This document shows positions 1 through 9,184 of a DNA stretch of 64,000 bases, piece after piece; position 1 is the first letter of the stretch, and the number at the start of each line of letters is the position of its first letter. The stretch is from the IMG/VR virus record IMGVR_UViG_3300021429_004282; one strand, written 5' to 3'. The translations under genes and the position numbers were made by a program. Source of the stretch: an uncultured virus (IMG/VR IMGVR_UViG_3300021429_004282) (Duplodnaviria; Heunggongvirae; Uroviricota; Caudoviricetes). The notes below the pieces were generated by a model. That model was not told where the DNA came from. It did not search any database and saw nothing but the letters and a program-made list of their open reading frames with translations.

Positions 1-65
1 GGGGAAGGTGAAGGTGAAGGTGAAGGTGAAGGTGAAGGTGAAGGGGCAGGTGAAGGTGAAGGGGG
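1..65 (-). repeat. (CCTTCA)n hexamer repeat encoding (Pro-Ser)n
   Basis: gaaggt tandem array on the + strand. Confidence 0.9.
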
Positions 66-194
66 TATGGGAGTTACACCCGGAGATTGCTGAAAGACCC
101 AATCTGAATAATTTATATCTGGAACCGGGTTTGAAGGCTCTGTCTCTGGTGTTGGTGGTATTTGATTAATATTTTCTTCTGTGTTGTTTTCCAT
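1..194 (-). CDS. 5' part of a Ser-Pro-repeat protein (runs off the window edge); probable virion/adhesin protein
   Basis: Manual translation from ATG at 194: [57 protein letters not shown]...; AAGGT upstream; not in the ORF track because it is truncated. Confidence 0.8.
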   Translation of the reverse strand, partial: MENNTEENINQIPPTPETEPSNPVPDINYSDWVFQQSPGVTPIPPSPSPAPSPSPSPSPSPSPS

Positions 195-231
195 AGAATA
201 CCTTGTTTTTTATAAAGGTATCTATGTATTA

Positions 232-281
232 AAAATACAAATAGGTTTCAATATTTAACTATTGAAACCTATTTGTATTTT
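232..281. terminator. Perfect 22-bp inverted repeat, probable terminator downstream of 287..826
   Basis: aaaatacaaataggtttcaata (232-253) / tattgaaacctatttgtatttt (260-281), 6-nt loop. Confidence 0.7.
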
Positions 282-286
282 ATTTT

Positions 287-826
287 TTATTCAATTGGGT
301 TTGCAGGTTTTTTTTCTATGGTGTTTTCTTCTTTCATTTCATTTTTTTTGGCAAAATCTTCCAAGGATTTTTTAAAATCTTCTTTTGAAGATAAAATGTT
401 GTTGATAGATTTTAGATATTCTTCTCTACCTTTTATTACTCCCTCTCGGTAGCCTTTTTCGAATTGCATTTCACCAACAAAATCGGTTTGTTCCAAACCC
501 CGTTGGTAGCCAGCATGCCAAATAGAAGATATTTCAGATTCTTGCGGAGGTATTTTATGGACTACAGAAATCATTCCTTCTAGTTTGCCAGATTGCTTGG
601 CATTTTCAATAGTGTTATCTCGAATGTTTTGAATATAAAGTCCTAGGACATCATTGAAACCATCTTGACTAATTTTACCAACTTCGGTTTTGATTTGGTT
701 TAGATGACTCAAATTGTTAGATCGATAGTATTGAATCAAATTGGTAGATACCGAAACCAAAACAATTAATCCCAAGGTGGACAAAATAATCTTGCGCACG
801 ACAAACTCCTTTTTGTAAAGATACAA
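287..826 (-). CDS. Hypothetical protein with N-terminal membrane anchor/signal and GYxxG repeats
   Basis: 179 aa ORF; hydrophobic IILSTLGLIVLVSV; HAGYQRG/EKGYREG. Confidence 0.7.
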   Translation of the reverse strand: MYLYKKEFVVRKIILSTLGLIVLVSVSTNLIQYYRSNNLSHLNQIKTEVGKISQDGFNDVLGLYIQNIRDNTIENAKQSGKLEGMISVVHKIPPQESEISSIWHAGYQRGLEQTDFVGEMQFEKGYREGVIKGREEYLKSINNILSSKEDFKKSLEDFAKKNEMKEENTIEKKPANPIE

Positions 827-872
827 CCACGCATGATTATAAATATTTTTGCAAGCAAGTCAACAGAAAATA

Positions 873-1223
873 TTAGTTTGCAAAACAAATTGGCTGAATC
901 AAAAAAGCACAATTTGAAATATCAACAATCCAAACATCTATATTATTATTTTTTTCCAAGCTTTCTTGTATTGCAGACATGTCACCCAAAATCTGATAGT
1001 TTTCATCTGAAAACTTTACGATTACAGGCATATTTTGCAGACTAGATTTTGTTTTGTTTTTTGGAATAGATTTGATTTTTTCAACATTTACGAATTTTTT
1101 TATTTTGCTAAATTTGTTTATTTGACCTTGTTTGGCTAATTCTCTCCAATCCTTTTGTGTACAGGCTTGGAATTCTGGAATAGTAATTGCTTCGTGCCAA
1201 ACAAGGTCGAAATTAGGTTTCAT
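873..1223 (-). CDS. Hypothetical protein
   Basis: 116 aa ORF abutting 1223..1510. Confidence 0.6.
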   Translation of the reverse strand: MKPNFDLVWHEAITIPEFQACTQKDWRELAKQGQINKFSKIKKFVNVEKIKSIPKNKTKSSLQNMPVIVKFSDENYQILGDMSAIQESLEKNNNIDVWIVDISNCAFLIQPICFAN

Positions 1224-1510
1224 TATTTTTTCTCAAATAGATATGCAGTGCTTTGTTCTGGAATTGAAATCCAAACAATTTCTTTTTGGTTTTCATCTAA
1301 AGTTTTACCAGCCAGAACTGTTCCGATGTTTGGGAACTGATTTTTCCACATCTCTGGAATGAGGCTGAAAGCGTATTCTAGTTCTAATGGAGTAGAGTTT
1401 TCTTTTAAATTTGGAATATTTTCTATATCATATGTTCCTATGAATTGAAAATTTTCTTCATTACTTTCAACTGTTTGTCGGAAGCTCATCCATTCATTAA
1501 AGTTTTGCAT
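1223..1510 (-). CDS. Small protein with capsid-targeting-like leader (MQNFNEWMSFRQTVE)
   Basis: Start moved to ATG 1510 with AAGG upstream. Confidence 0.65.
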   Translation of the reverse strand: MQNFNEWMSFRQTVESNEENFQFIGTYDIENIPNLKENSTPLELEYAFSLIPEMWKNQFPNIGTVLAGKTLDENQKEIVWISIPEQSTAYLFEKK

Positions 1511-1555
1511 TTTTATACCTTTATGCTTCAAACTGAAGCTTTGTTATTTACTGCC

Positions 1556-1684
1556 TCAACCTTCTTTAGCCATAGATTTCTTGGGATGCCAAGATTTTTC
1601 TTGTTTCATATCCTTGTCCAAAGATTTTTTCAGTTTGGGATTTTTCTTGGCCTCACGGATTAAAAGCCACTGCGTAAATTGCAT
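1556..1684 (-). CDS. 42-aa basic protein with capsid-targeting-like leader (MQFTQWLLIREAKKNPK...)
   Basis: Manual translation; GGAGG Shine-Dalgarno and ATAGATA box upstream; below the ORF-track cutoff. Confidence 0.7.
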   Translation of the reverse strand: MQFTQWLLIREAKKNPKLKKSLDKDMKQEKSWHPKKSMAKEG

Positions 1685-1801
1685 TGTATGTCCTCCAATT
1701 TAAAATATCTATGTGGATTTGATAAAAATTATTTTTTAGGGTTGCGAGATCTTTATCTGTGTGTAGACTGTGTCAAGGCCAAGTCAGGACGAGGGAATAA
1801 A

Positions 1802-2056
1802 ATGATTTTGCCACAGAAATTGTCCATGTATATACAAGAAGAAATAATTATAGCTTTATCTTGGGAGATAAATCACAAAGTCACCAAGGTTTGGGTTTTA
1901 TCGTCTCATGATTTAAAAGGAAATGTTGATTTGTGTGAGATAACTAATCACAAAGAATCGGGTCTAAAGCCATTTATAAGAGATGTTCTTAAAAATGGCA
2001 ATTATATTAGCAAGAATCCAATGTGCTTTGACACCTATGGATTTGAGAAGGTATAA
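1802..2056 (+). CDS. Hypothetical protein
   Basis: ATG 1802 preceded by GAGGG. Confidence 0.55.
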   Translation: MILPQKLSMYIQEEIIIALSWEINHKVTKVWVLSSHDLKGNVDLCEITNHKESGLKPFIRDVLKNGNYISKNPMCFDTYGFEKV

Positions 2057-2069
2057 CATATATAATTTT

Positions 2070-2378
2070 ATGTCAACACAATACGATTATTGCAAAGCAA
2101 ATATAAACAGTATATCGCAAGGATCTGACACAGACTTGCAGCTTTATTGTTCAAATGTTATTGAGTCATATGAAACAATTAATGAGAATCCGATTGTAAG
2201 CGTTAAAAATTATAATTGCCAATATATTGATAATGGTGGAAATACAGCTTTTCAAAATGTCGGTGTAAAATTATTTGAAAAACAATATGGCAAGGTTATG
2301 TATGTAACCGCATATAACCGCAAGCAGGTAAGCACAGCTTTTCTTCCGGCCATAACTGTTTGCAATCAAAATTTATAG
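2070..2378 (+). CDS. Hypothetical protein
   Basis: ATG 2070 preceded by ATATATA-N5. Confidence 0.6.
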   Translation: MSTQYDYCKANINSISQGSDTDLQLYCSNVIESYETINENPIVSVKNYNCQYIDNGGNTAFQNVGVKLFEKQYGKVMYVTAYNRKQVSTAFLPAITVCNQNL

Positions 2379-2401
2379 TTAACGAGCCAGAAAATCTGGC
2401 A

Positions 2402-3301
2402 CTAAACTGTATAAATGTGATCGACAAAATCCATCTGCATTTGAGCTTTAGGAAAAGCTTTGAATGGTGTATTTTGTGAAATTTTTGCCATTATTTCATT
2501 GCGTTCAAAGAACTGCTCAACTTCTGATGTTATTTTAAATTCATTTTCTATTTTTAAACCTGCACCGGCTGCATTGTCGGTGTAAGTTTTTATTGGGAAA
2601 AATACTTTTTGTGGGAAGCTTATCTTTTCATCTGGGAATAGTTCTTTTAGTTCCTGTTCGTTAAAAATTAGATGTATGAAAGCTTTGTTAAGCTTTTTAT
2701 ATAAATGTGCATGGTGGCGGGACATAAAACTATGATATCTTACAAATATTTTGCCTTGTGGAGCTAATATGGTTCGCATATTATTAAGAGCATCGACTTG
2801 CTGCATGTTTTCTAAATGATCCATAACATCGCAAGCAATTATTATATCATATGGTGCTCTTTCTTGAACATCTCTCCAATTTGTTGTGAGAAGAGTGTTT
2901 TTATCTTGTATGCTTGCAAAATCATTGTGAATATCATAGCCAACAGAAAATTTTGCTTTCCTCATAGCGCAAGCTTTCACAACATGGCCATAACCTGTGC
3001 CAAAATCTAGAACCATTTTTTCATGAACAGGTTCGGAGACTAAAACATCTACTATGCCATTTGCACGGCTCATTTTATGTTCTTCATTATTAGTATCGCA
3101 AATTAATTCATCAGCAACAGCCTTTGGCCATTCTTCAGAGAAAAGGAGTTTTTTCATGCCTTCAAAGTCAGATGCAGTTCCAGTTGCCATGGCTAATGAC
3201 ATAGGTGCAGGAAACAGGCTTTTGTCTTGTAACATATTTTCTATGTCAACTACTGCCGCCCTAATTTGTTTTAGCTTTTTTTCGATGATGTCTTTGGTCA
3301 T
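2402..3301 (-). CDS. Class I SAM-dependent methyltransferase
   Basis: VLDFGTGYG motif I, VGYDI, YDIIIACDVMDHL, LAPQGKIF. Confidence 0.85.
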   Translation of the reverse strand: MTKDIIEKKLKQIRAAVVDIENMLQDKSLFPAPMSLAMATGTASDFEGMKKLLFSEEWPKAVADELICDTNNEEHKMSRANGIVDVLVSEPVHEKMVLDFGTGYGHVVKACAMRKAKFSVGYDIHNDFASIQDKNTLLTTNWRDVQERAPYDIIIACDVMDHLENMQQVDALNNMRTILAPQGKIFVRYHSFMSRHHAHLYKKLNKAFIHLIFNEQELKELFPDEKISFPQKVFFPIKTYTDNAAGAGLKIENEFKITSEVEQFFERNEIMAKISQNTPFKAFPKAQMQMDFVDHIYTV

Positions 3302-3463
3302 GATTAATCCATGATTATAGGTTCAAATACAGAATTATTTAACCAACAAACTTGTTATTTATGATTAAAAGAAAAATAAGGTGAATAAAATTAAACAAAA
3401 ATTGTATAATAAACATAAATAAAACTCTATTTTTAATTATGTTTATTATCAAAGGAAACATTG

Positions 3464-3835
3464 ATGGAAAAAAATCACAAACACCTTATACTTAATGCCA
3501 AAGTTAAAAACCCTATCAATTGTGATAAAGAGTGTGAAGTTTGGCTTGCCAACCTAGTAAAGCTTATTGATATGGAAATTTTAGTTCCTCCCATGGCAAA
3601 ATATTGTGATATTGAAGGCAATGAAGGTGTGACTGGAGTGGTTATCATTACTACTTCTCATATATCAATTCATATATGGCCACAACAACCACAACCATAC
3701 ATTCGCATGGATGTTTATTCTTGCAAAGATTTTGATCCTAAATCTGTTATTAACTATGTGCATGAAACTATGGAAATAGTAGAAGAAGAGCATGTGGTTA
3801 TTGACAGAAACGCAAAGATGCAACTAATTGCCTGA
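3464..3835 (+). CDS. speD: S-adenosylmethionine decarboxylase proenzyme (pyruvoyl, class 1B)
   Basis: KHLILN, GVTGVVIITTSHISIHIWP, MDVYSCKDF motifs; ~123 aa. Confidence 0.85.
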   Translation: MEKNHKHLILNAKVKNPINCDKECEVWLANLVKLIDMEILVPPMAKYCDIEGNEGVTGVVIITTSHISIHIWPQQPQPYIRMDVYSCKDFDPKSVINYVHETMEIVEEEHVVIDRNAKMQLIA

Positions 3836-3840
3836 TATAA

Positions 3841-4128
3841 TTGATTGTGAGAATTAATAGTAAAAGTGCATTTAAAAGGCATGCTGGCAAATGTGCATTT
3901 TGTCTAGAAAACAATTATTCAACATTAGATGCTCACAGAATATTTGAAGGACAGAAAGGAGGCAAGTATTACTGGCAAAACTGTGTATGTGTATGTGCCA
4001 ACTGTCACCGTAAAATACATGATGGACAAATAATTGTAATAAAAAAACATTTAGGTTTTGGAGAGAACTTGTATGTTTTGGAATACATAGAGAATGGGGA
4101 AAACAAACTTCTAGGATTACACTACTAG
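3841..4128 (+). CDS. HNH endonuclease
   Basis: CAFC...LDAHRI...GGKY...NCVCVCANCHRKIH. Confidence 0.85.
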   Translation: MIVRINSKSAFKRHAGKCAFCLENNYSTLDAHRIFEGQKGGKYYWQNCVCVCANCHRKIHDGQIIVIKKHLGFGENLYVLEYIENGENKLLGLHY

Positions 4129-4136
4129 GTGGTTAT

Positions 4137-4694
4137 ATGTCGGAAACAGAAATGGGATTTTACGAATTAAAAGAAGGTGCAAGACCTTTTTTAATTATTA
4201 CAGAAAATGTAATTTTGTCTGAAAATTTAAAGTATCATGTTGAAAACAATATTTCTCTATCTAATTCAGTGTTTAGACTAGGTTCTGATGGATGGATGAA
4301 TTTGGTAAATGAAATCCGTGGACTTTATGAAAAAGGTCAAATTAATTTAAATGAAAATGATGAATTTATTATTTTGACAGAAGCTGGTAGAACCGGTATT
4401 TATCAAGGCAAATCAGTTCCTTTAGATTCTCCTCAAAGGTCAAGTGGGCCAAAAAAGTTTCATGTGTATGTAAATAGTGGAAGAAAAAATGCTGAAGGTC
4501 GAGTTGTTGCTAAAAAAGTTGGTTTCGGAGATCCTAACTTGAAAGTCAAAAACTATGATCGAGCCAGAGCTAAATCTTTTAGAGCCAGACACAAGTGCCA
4601 TCTTAAGACTGACAGAACTACTCCGGGATGGTGGAGTTGTAATGTGGCAAGATATAGAAAACAACTAGGACTAACATCAAGCACATCATGGTGA
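4137..4694 (+). CDS. Conserved phage protein with basic C-terminal KKFxVYV...FGDP...SFRARHKC domain
   Basis: Motif recognised from myovirus hypothetical proteins; function unknown. Confidence 0.7.
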   Translation: MSETEMGFYELKEGARPFLIITENVILSENLKYHVENNISLSNSVFRLGSDGWMNLVNEIRGLYEKGQINLNENDEFIILTEAGRTGIYQGKSVPLDSPQRSSGPKKFHVYVNSGRKNAEGRVVAKKVGFGDPNLKVKNYDRARAKSFRARHKCHLKTDRTTPGWWSCNVARYRKQLGLTSSTSW

Positions 4695-4703
4695 GGGGTT
4701 AAA

Positions 4704-5177
4704 ATGCAGACATTTAATGAGTTTTTTCAAAACAAAATAAACGAACAGGGCTATATGTCAAAGCCTGCTATAAAAATAGCAGTAAATAAAATGAAGTATA
4801 GTTTTGAAGATCCAATGTTAATGCCTAAATTTTCAGATAATGATCCAGATGATGTGAGTCATAAAGAACAACGCACATCATATTATACAGGATTTGTTGA
4901 GGTTCCTGTTATGCAAGAGGCTAAAAATGAAGCTATGAAAAAGGGCATGGATATCAAGAAATTTATTGATTTTGTTTTTGGTCTTGAGCCTATGGATCCT
5001 ATGTTTCAAAAATTTGTAGATGATGCTCCTTATCATCTATATGATTTGGAAAATGCACAGTTTGATGATGAAAAGCTACCCAATTTCGAAACAATTCCAG
5101 ACGGTCTATTGGATGCAGTGGGTCACGAACTGCAAGTAAAATTACAAAATGGAGACTATGAGGTGCTATATGCTTGA
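4704..5177 (+). CDS. Acidic protein with capsid-targeting-like leader (MQTFNEFFQNKINE)
   Basis: 157 aa; GAGGGG SD. Confidence 0.75.
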   Translation: MQTFNEFFQNKINEQGYMSKPAIKIAVNKMKYSFEDPMLMPKFSDNDPDDVSHKEQRTSYYTGFVEVPVMQEAKNEAMKKGMDIKKFIDFVFGLEPMDPMFQKFVDDAPYHLYDLENAQFDDEKLPNFETIPDGLLDAVGHELQVKLQNGDYEVLYA

Positions 5178-5307
5178 TAATCTTGTTTTTTTTATAGTAG
5201 GTTTAGTTATTGGTTGGAATGTTCTTCCCCAGCCAGCTTGGGTCAAAGCACTTTATGATCTTGTAATATCAAAAATAAAAAGCTGGGCTGCTCCAAAAAG
5301 TGAGTAA
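5170..5307 (+). CDS. 45-aa small membrane protein (MLDNLVFFIVGLVIGWNVLPQPAWVK...)
   Basis: Manual translation; GAGG upstream; overlaps both neighbours; single hydrophobic helix. Confidence 0.7.
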   Translation: MLDNLVFFIVGLVIGWNVLPQPAWVKALYDLVISKIKSWAAPKSE

Positions 5308-5575
5308 TTATAAACCATATCAAGAAATTACACATGAAAACTGTGTGATTCGAATTTTTAGTCCGGATGTGGACACAGACGAACTAAAATGGCATCGTGA
5401 TTATGAAGACAGAATTGTGGTGCCATTAAATGATAATGATTGGTTGTATCAGGAAGACAATAGTTTGCCGAAGCCAATTAAAGAAAAGATTTATATCAAA
5501 AAAGGAATATGGCACAGAGTTCACAAAGGAACAACAGATTTAAAAATATTAATAGAAAAATCCCCTGCGGTGTGA
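5300..5575 (+). CDS. Cupin-like conserved phage protein
   Basis: WHRDYEDR and IKKGIWHRV metal-binding-like motifs. Confidence 0.7.
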   Translation: MSNYKPYQEITHENCVIRIFSPDVDTDELKWHRDYEDRIVVPLNDNDWLYQEDNSLPKPIKEKIYIKKGIWHRVHKGTTDLKILIEKSPAV

Positions 5576-5592
5576 ATGCAGGGGATTTTTCT
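5556..5592. terminator. Bidirectional rho-independent terminator
   Basis: aaaaatcccctgc...gcaggggattttt between convergent genes. Confidence 0.85.
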
Positions 5593-5603
5593 ATTTGTAA
5601 ATC

Positions 5604-5939
5604 TTAGTCTTGATGAAAATAATCATCAGGCAAATCATGCGTTACTAGTTTGAAGCCTTTTTCTACATGTTCCCTATCATCTGGGTGTAGATTAGATAGA
5701 ATGCTATCGATATCGCTGCTATCCTGAACATACATATCCGACTCTTCGTTGTCTGTTGTTTTATAATTATCACCAGATTTTACTATGGCTTTATTTCCAG
5801 ACCAAATGTGCAGATGTCCAAATCTATTTTTTTGGATGGTTGCTGGTGGATAGGCATGCATACGGGAATTTTCTCCACCCATTTCCATATCCATGGCTTC
5901 ATTTATTTTTTCTTGAAAGAAATCAGAGAACTTTTTCAT
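5604..5939 (-). CDS. Protein with capsid-targeting-like leader (MKKFSDFFQEKINEA)
   Basis: 111 aa; overlaps stop of upstream gene. Confidence 0.75.
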   Translation of the reverse strand: MKKFSDFFQEKINEAMDMEMGGENSRMHAYPPATIQKNRFGHLHIWSGNKAIVKSGDNYKTTDNEESDMYVQDSSDIDSILSNLHPDDREHVEKGFKLVTHDLPDDYFHQD

Positions 5940-6490
5940 TTTGCACCTTTATTTTTGACAGGGATTCCGTATTGTTCACATCTTAAGAGCTCAAGATCAA
6001 CCCCAAAATATGGGGAGTATTCATGAATTGCACCTTCTGGGGTTCTTATTCTAATAAGGTTCATAATTTTTTTGGCAGACTCTATGACGAACTTTTTCTG
6101 ATTTACACCAGCTACTAGTTCCTTGTTTTCGTTTACTGCACCTGATCCAACAAATATTCTATTTTCATTTGATGTACCGCAACTACCCATAATTTTATTG
6201 AGTCCAAACTCATCATGGGCCTGAGGAACACCTTTAAGAACAGCAACTTTCATAGCACCATGATCTCCATGGTGTTCGTCTTCGTCCCCTTCTTCCTTGT
6301 CATACATATAAGCATCTTTCACATCGCTGACAGCAGCTTTGGCTATAGATATTTTATGTTCCATCCAGCTTTCAACTTCTTCATTTTCATCTATCATATC
6401 CATTAACATGGAAGCATGTTTTACAATGGCATGTAGATTTCTGCGCACCATATAGCTACCATGGTGGTGGTCTTCATTTTTCTTTTTCAT
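5936..6490 (-). CDS. Conserved phage hypothetical protein
   Basis: YMxRxNL...ESWMEHKISIA helical motif; AAGGTG SD. Confidence 0.7.
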   Translation of the reverse strand: MKKKNEDHHHGSYMVRRNLHAIVKHASMLMDMIDENEEVESWMEHKISIAKAAVSDVKDAYMYDKEEGDEDEHHGDHGAMKVAVLKGVPQAHDEFGLNKIMGSCGTSNENRIFVGSGAVNENKELVAGVNQKKFVIESAKKIMNLIRIRTPEGAIHEYSPYFGVDLELLRCEQYGIPVKNKGAK

Positions 6491-6511
6491 AGTTCACCTT
6501 TCGTTTATTTA

Positions 6512-7150
6512 TTATTGAATCTTTAATTCTTTATTGTTGATTAAAAATTTATGACTTACAGAAACTTCTGTAATAAGTTCTGGCACTCCTATATGATTTG
6601 CTATTTTATGACTTTTTGCTTGTTTAGCATCCATGTAAATTTCAGCATGATTGTGTTTGTGTAGCAGATTAAGAAAGTATTTTTCATCAACTCCTATGTG
6701 TTTGGCAGCCATTCCGAAAAGCATATTATTGAGTCTATTTGTTTCTTCGGCGTTTGCTTTTACTTCTTCTACTTTTCCATAGGAACCAGAGCTAACTTCA
6801 TGCAACATAAGAGTTGCTTGTTCTGACATAAATCTATATCCATTTGTACCGAACATGAATAGCATTGCACCACACGACATGGCTTTGCCATTACATATGG
6901 TGGCAACTGGAACGGGAGAACTTTTGATCAAAGATATCATTTCCAATAAGCAATATACTTCTCCGCCGTATGAATCTATCACAATTGGTATTACAGGTGG
7001 GTTTTTATTTAAGGCATTGTTGAAATCACATGAAAATTTTTCAACCATTTCATAATCAAATACTTTACTGACTCTAATGGCAGGGGCCTGCACATCCAGA
7101 TCTGCAGTTTTGCAACGAATCCGACTATCGACACGAATGTAGTTTTTCAT
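6512..7150 (-). CDS. clpP: ClpP-like serine protease (S14)
   Basis: IDSYGGEV, GKAMSCGA (Ser), LMLHEV (His). Confidence 0.85.
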   Translation of the reverse strand: MKNYIRVDSRIRCKTADLDVQAPAIRVSKVFDYEMVEKFSCDFNNALNKNPPVIPIVIDSYGGEVYCLLEMISLIKSSPVPVATICNGKAMSCGAMLFMFGTNGYRFMSEQATLMLHEVSSGSYGKVEEVKANAEETNRLNNMLFGMAAKHIGVDEKYFLNLLHKHNHAEIYMDAKQAKSHKIANHIGVPELITEVSVSHKFLINNKELKIQ

Positions 7151-7171
7151 GTCTATATTTTAAGCTGTGTA

Positions 7172-8620
7172 TTAGTTTGTTGCAAGAAGTTTTTTGACTT
7201 CATGATCAAACAATTTTTGTCTGACTTGTTCGAATTCATCTGTTCTTGGAACTCTACCCAAAAAATGAATTAATCTCGGGTTTACTTCTCTTTTTCCTTC
7301 TTTTTCAACATATTTTTTCATGACATTTGAAAAATCATGTCCGAAAATTTTACTGTACAAATCTTCTTTGCCTAAAAGTGACATAAATTTCTTTATGAGA
7401 TAATTTGGCAAATTAGATGGTTTAGCAAAAAAGTCATAAATCAAATGGGGATTCAAATAATTGTGTTTGCAAAATTGTGCTAACTTGGTAAGTTTAATTA
7501 TATTTTCAATATCGTTTTTAGACCAACCAAAATTTGTTAAAACATTATCAATTTTGGTAGCTATATTGTTCTGAAGAATTAATGCTGTAGGAATTATTTT
7601 ACCATTAGGCATATCGCTAACAGGATCTGTAATGTGCATATCTGGAAATATTATTGTGATTAATTCTGAATCAACAAGATTTTTGAGATATTGATCTACA
7701 GGTACATCTACATCTTCTATTGCAGAAATGTAATATCTTTTGACTACATGTTTTTTGACATCGAGATTTTGTATGTTTTCTTTAATTTTATTCAAAATAT
7801 TTGATGGTATTTTTTTATCACCAGAGTAAACAGAAGCTAATTTGGCAATTTTCAAAGGCAAATAAGGATCTTTGCCAAATGGATTTTCTTCTTGCTTGAT
7901 TAATTCAATAGTCCCATTTTTCAAATCGAACATGCCTCCATGAGGATCTATAAGTTCTCCGTTTTCACCTTCATCATTTTTTAATTTGAGATAAAGCGCA
8001 AGTATTGTAAGTCCTCTTGAAAAAGAATCTTCTTCAACACTGGTTGTAAAATATCTTTTTTTAGGTGTTAACATTCTGTTTTTGGAGTTTTTATTTAAAG
8101 TGGCCAGAAATATTTTTTGGCTATCAATAACAACTGTGAATTCCATCTCTTCATGGTTTACATCCCATCTGCTTGCGTAAAAAACTCGTTTTCTTGCTTC
8201 CATTTCAGGAAGGTTTTTATATTTTGACATGTTTTCTATGTCTAAATTTGGAGGACGAACTTCCTTTAGGTCAGCATCTTTTGTAGACAAAATCATCCTA
8301 ATTTCGTCTGGTGAGGCATCGGTAACAAGGTCGTATTCTTCGACTAGTTTGTTTTTTAGGTGGTCTGCTAAAGAACCTCCAGTAATATAAATATCCTTCT
8401 TTTTCATGGTCGGCTCGACCAAGCCTTTTCCTTTGTCAAGCGTGGTGTATCCTAATTTTATTTGATCTGTATTATTAAATGCTTTTACGATTGTTCTCAA
8501 GGAAGGATGTGATTTATAATCAACCACAAAAGGACGAAACTCTCCATTTTTGTCATTATCTTTCAAACGAAATTTTGCTGACAAATATTCTTCTTTTTCA
8601 ACTGCCTGATTATTTTCCAT
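7172..8620 (-). CDS. CCA-adding/poly(A) polymerase-family nucleotidyltransferase, degenerate motifs
   Basis: YITGGSLADHL..EYDLVTDASPDEI, TSVEEDSFSRGLTILALY, LIDPHGGMFDL, FGKDPYLPLK correspond to class II NTase motifs. Confidence 0.75.
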   Translation of the reverse strand: MENNQAVEKEEYLSAKFRLKDNDKNGEFRPFVVDYKSHPSLRTIVKAFNNTDQIKLGYTTLDKGKGLVEPTMKKKDIYITGGSLADHLKNKLVEEYDLVTDASPDEIRMILSTKDADLKEVRPPNLDIENMSKYKNLPEMEARKRVFYASRWDVNHEEMEFTVVIDSQKIFLATLNKNSKNRMLTPKKRYFTTSVEEDSFSRGLTILALYLKLKNDEGENGELIDPHGGMFDLKNGTIELIKQEENPFGKDPYLPLKIAKLASVYSGDKKIPSNILNKIKENIQNLDVKKHVVKRYYISAIEDVDVPVDQYLKNLVDSELITIIFPDMHITDPVSDMPNGKIIPTALILQNNIATKIDNVLTNFGWSKNDIENIIKLTKLAQFCKHNYLNPHLIYDFFAKPSNLPNYLIKKFMSLLGKEDLYSKIFGHDFSNVMKKYVEKEGKREVNPRLIHFLGRVPRTDEFEQVRQKLFDHEVKKLLATN

Positions 8621-8626
8621 ATGTCC

Positions 8627-9136
8627 TCAATTACCCGGAGATGATATTCCAATTTTATAAGCTATGTACATTAGCACAACATTATAAATTATCTGTAGTC
8701 CTAAACTTGTAAATTTTTTAAATTTATCTTCTGTGCCTTCTTTGAAAATCTTCAAATGTTCATTTTGTCTTTCTAGCTTTGTTACCCTGTCAGAAAAATC
8801 TTTATCAGACCTTTCATTTAAGGATATGGTTTTTTCCATGTCAGATATACTTTTTCTAATTATAGAAACCTTGCCGTTTAAATCATTCAATGTATCATTA
8901 ACATTTTCAACATCTTGTGCTTCAACAGTTATAACTCTTTCTAACAAATTGTTATAATTGTCTAAAAGTTTTTCAAATCTTTGAGCTAATTGTATTTGCT
9001 GATCATGTAAAGCTTTGATTTTTTCTTCTAGCCTATAACTTGCAGCTGTAAGTTCTTTAACAGATACTGATAGCTGGGTGTAAAAAACACTTGAACTAAA
9101 AGATTCATCTGATTTATTGTTCCTAGGCGGAGTCAT
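8627..9136 (-). CDS. Coiled-coil protein with C-terminal transmembrane helix
   Basis: Heptad-rich; LGLQIIYNVVLMYIAY. Confidence 0.75.
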   Translation of the reverse strand: MTPPRNNKSDESFSSSVFYTQLSVSVKELTAASYRLEEKIKALHDQQIQLAQRFEKLLDNYNNLLERVITVEAQDVENVNDTLNDLNGKVSIIRKSISDMEKTISLNERSDKDFSDRVTKLERQNEHLKIFKEGTEDKFKKFTSLGLQIIYNVVLMYIAYKIGISSPGN

Positions 9137-9184
9137 AAATCTATTTAGGTTATTAAAACTAAAAATAACTACTTAGATATATAC

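Noticed and set aside
2386..2400. gccaga/tctggc hairpin between convergent genes
   Set aside because: 6-bp stem, 3-nt loop, no U-tract; too weak to call a terminator
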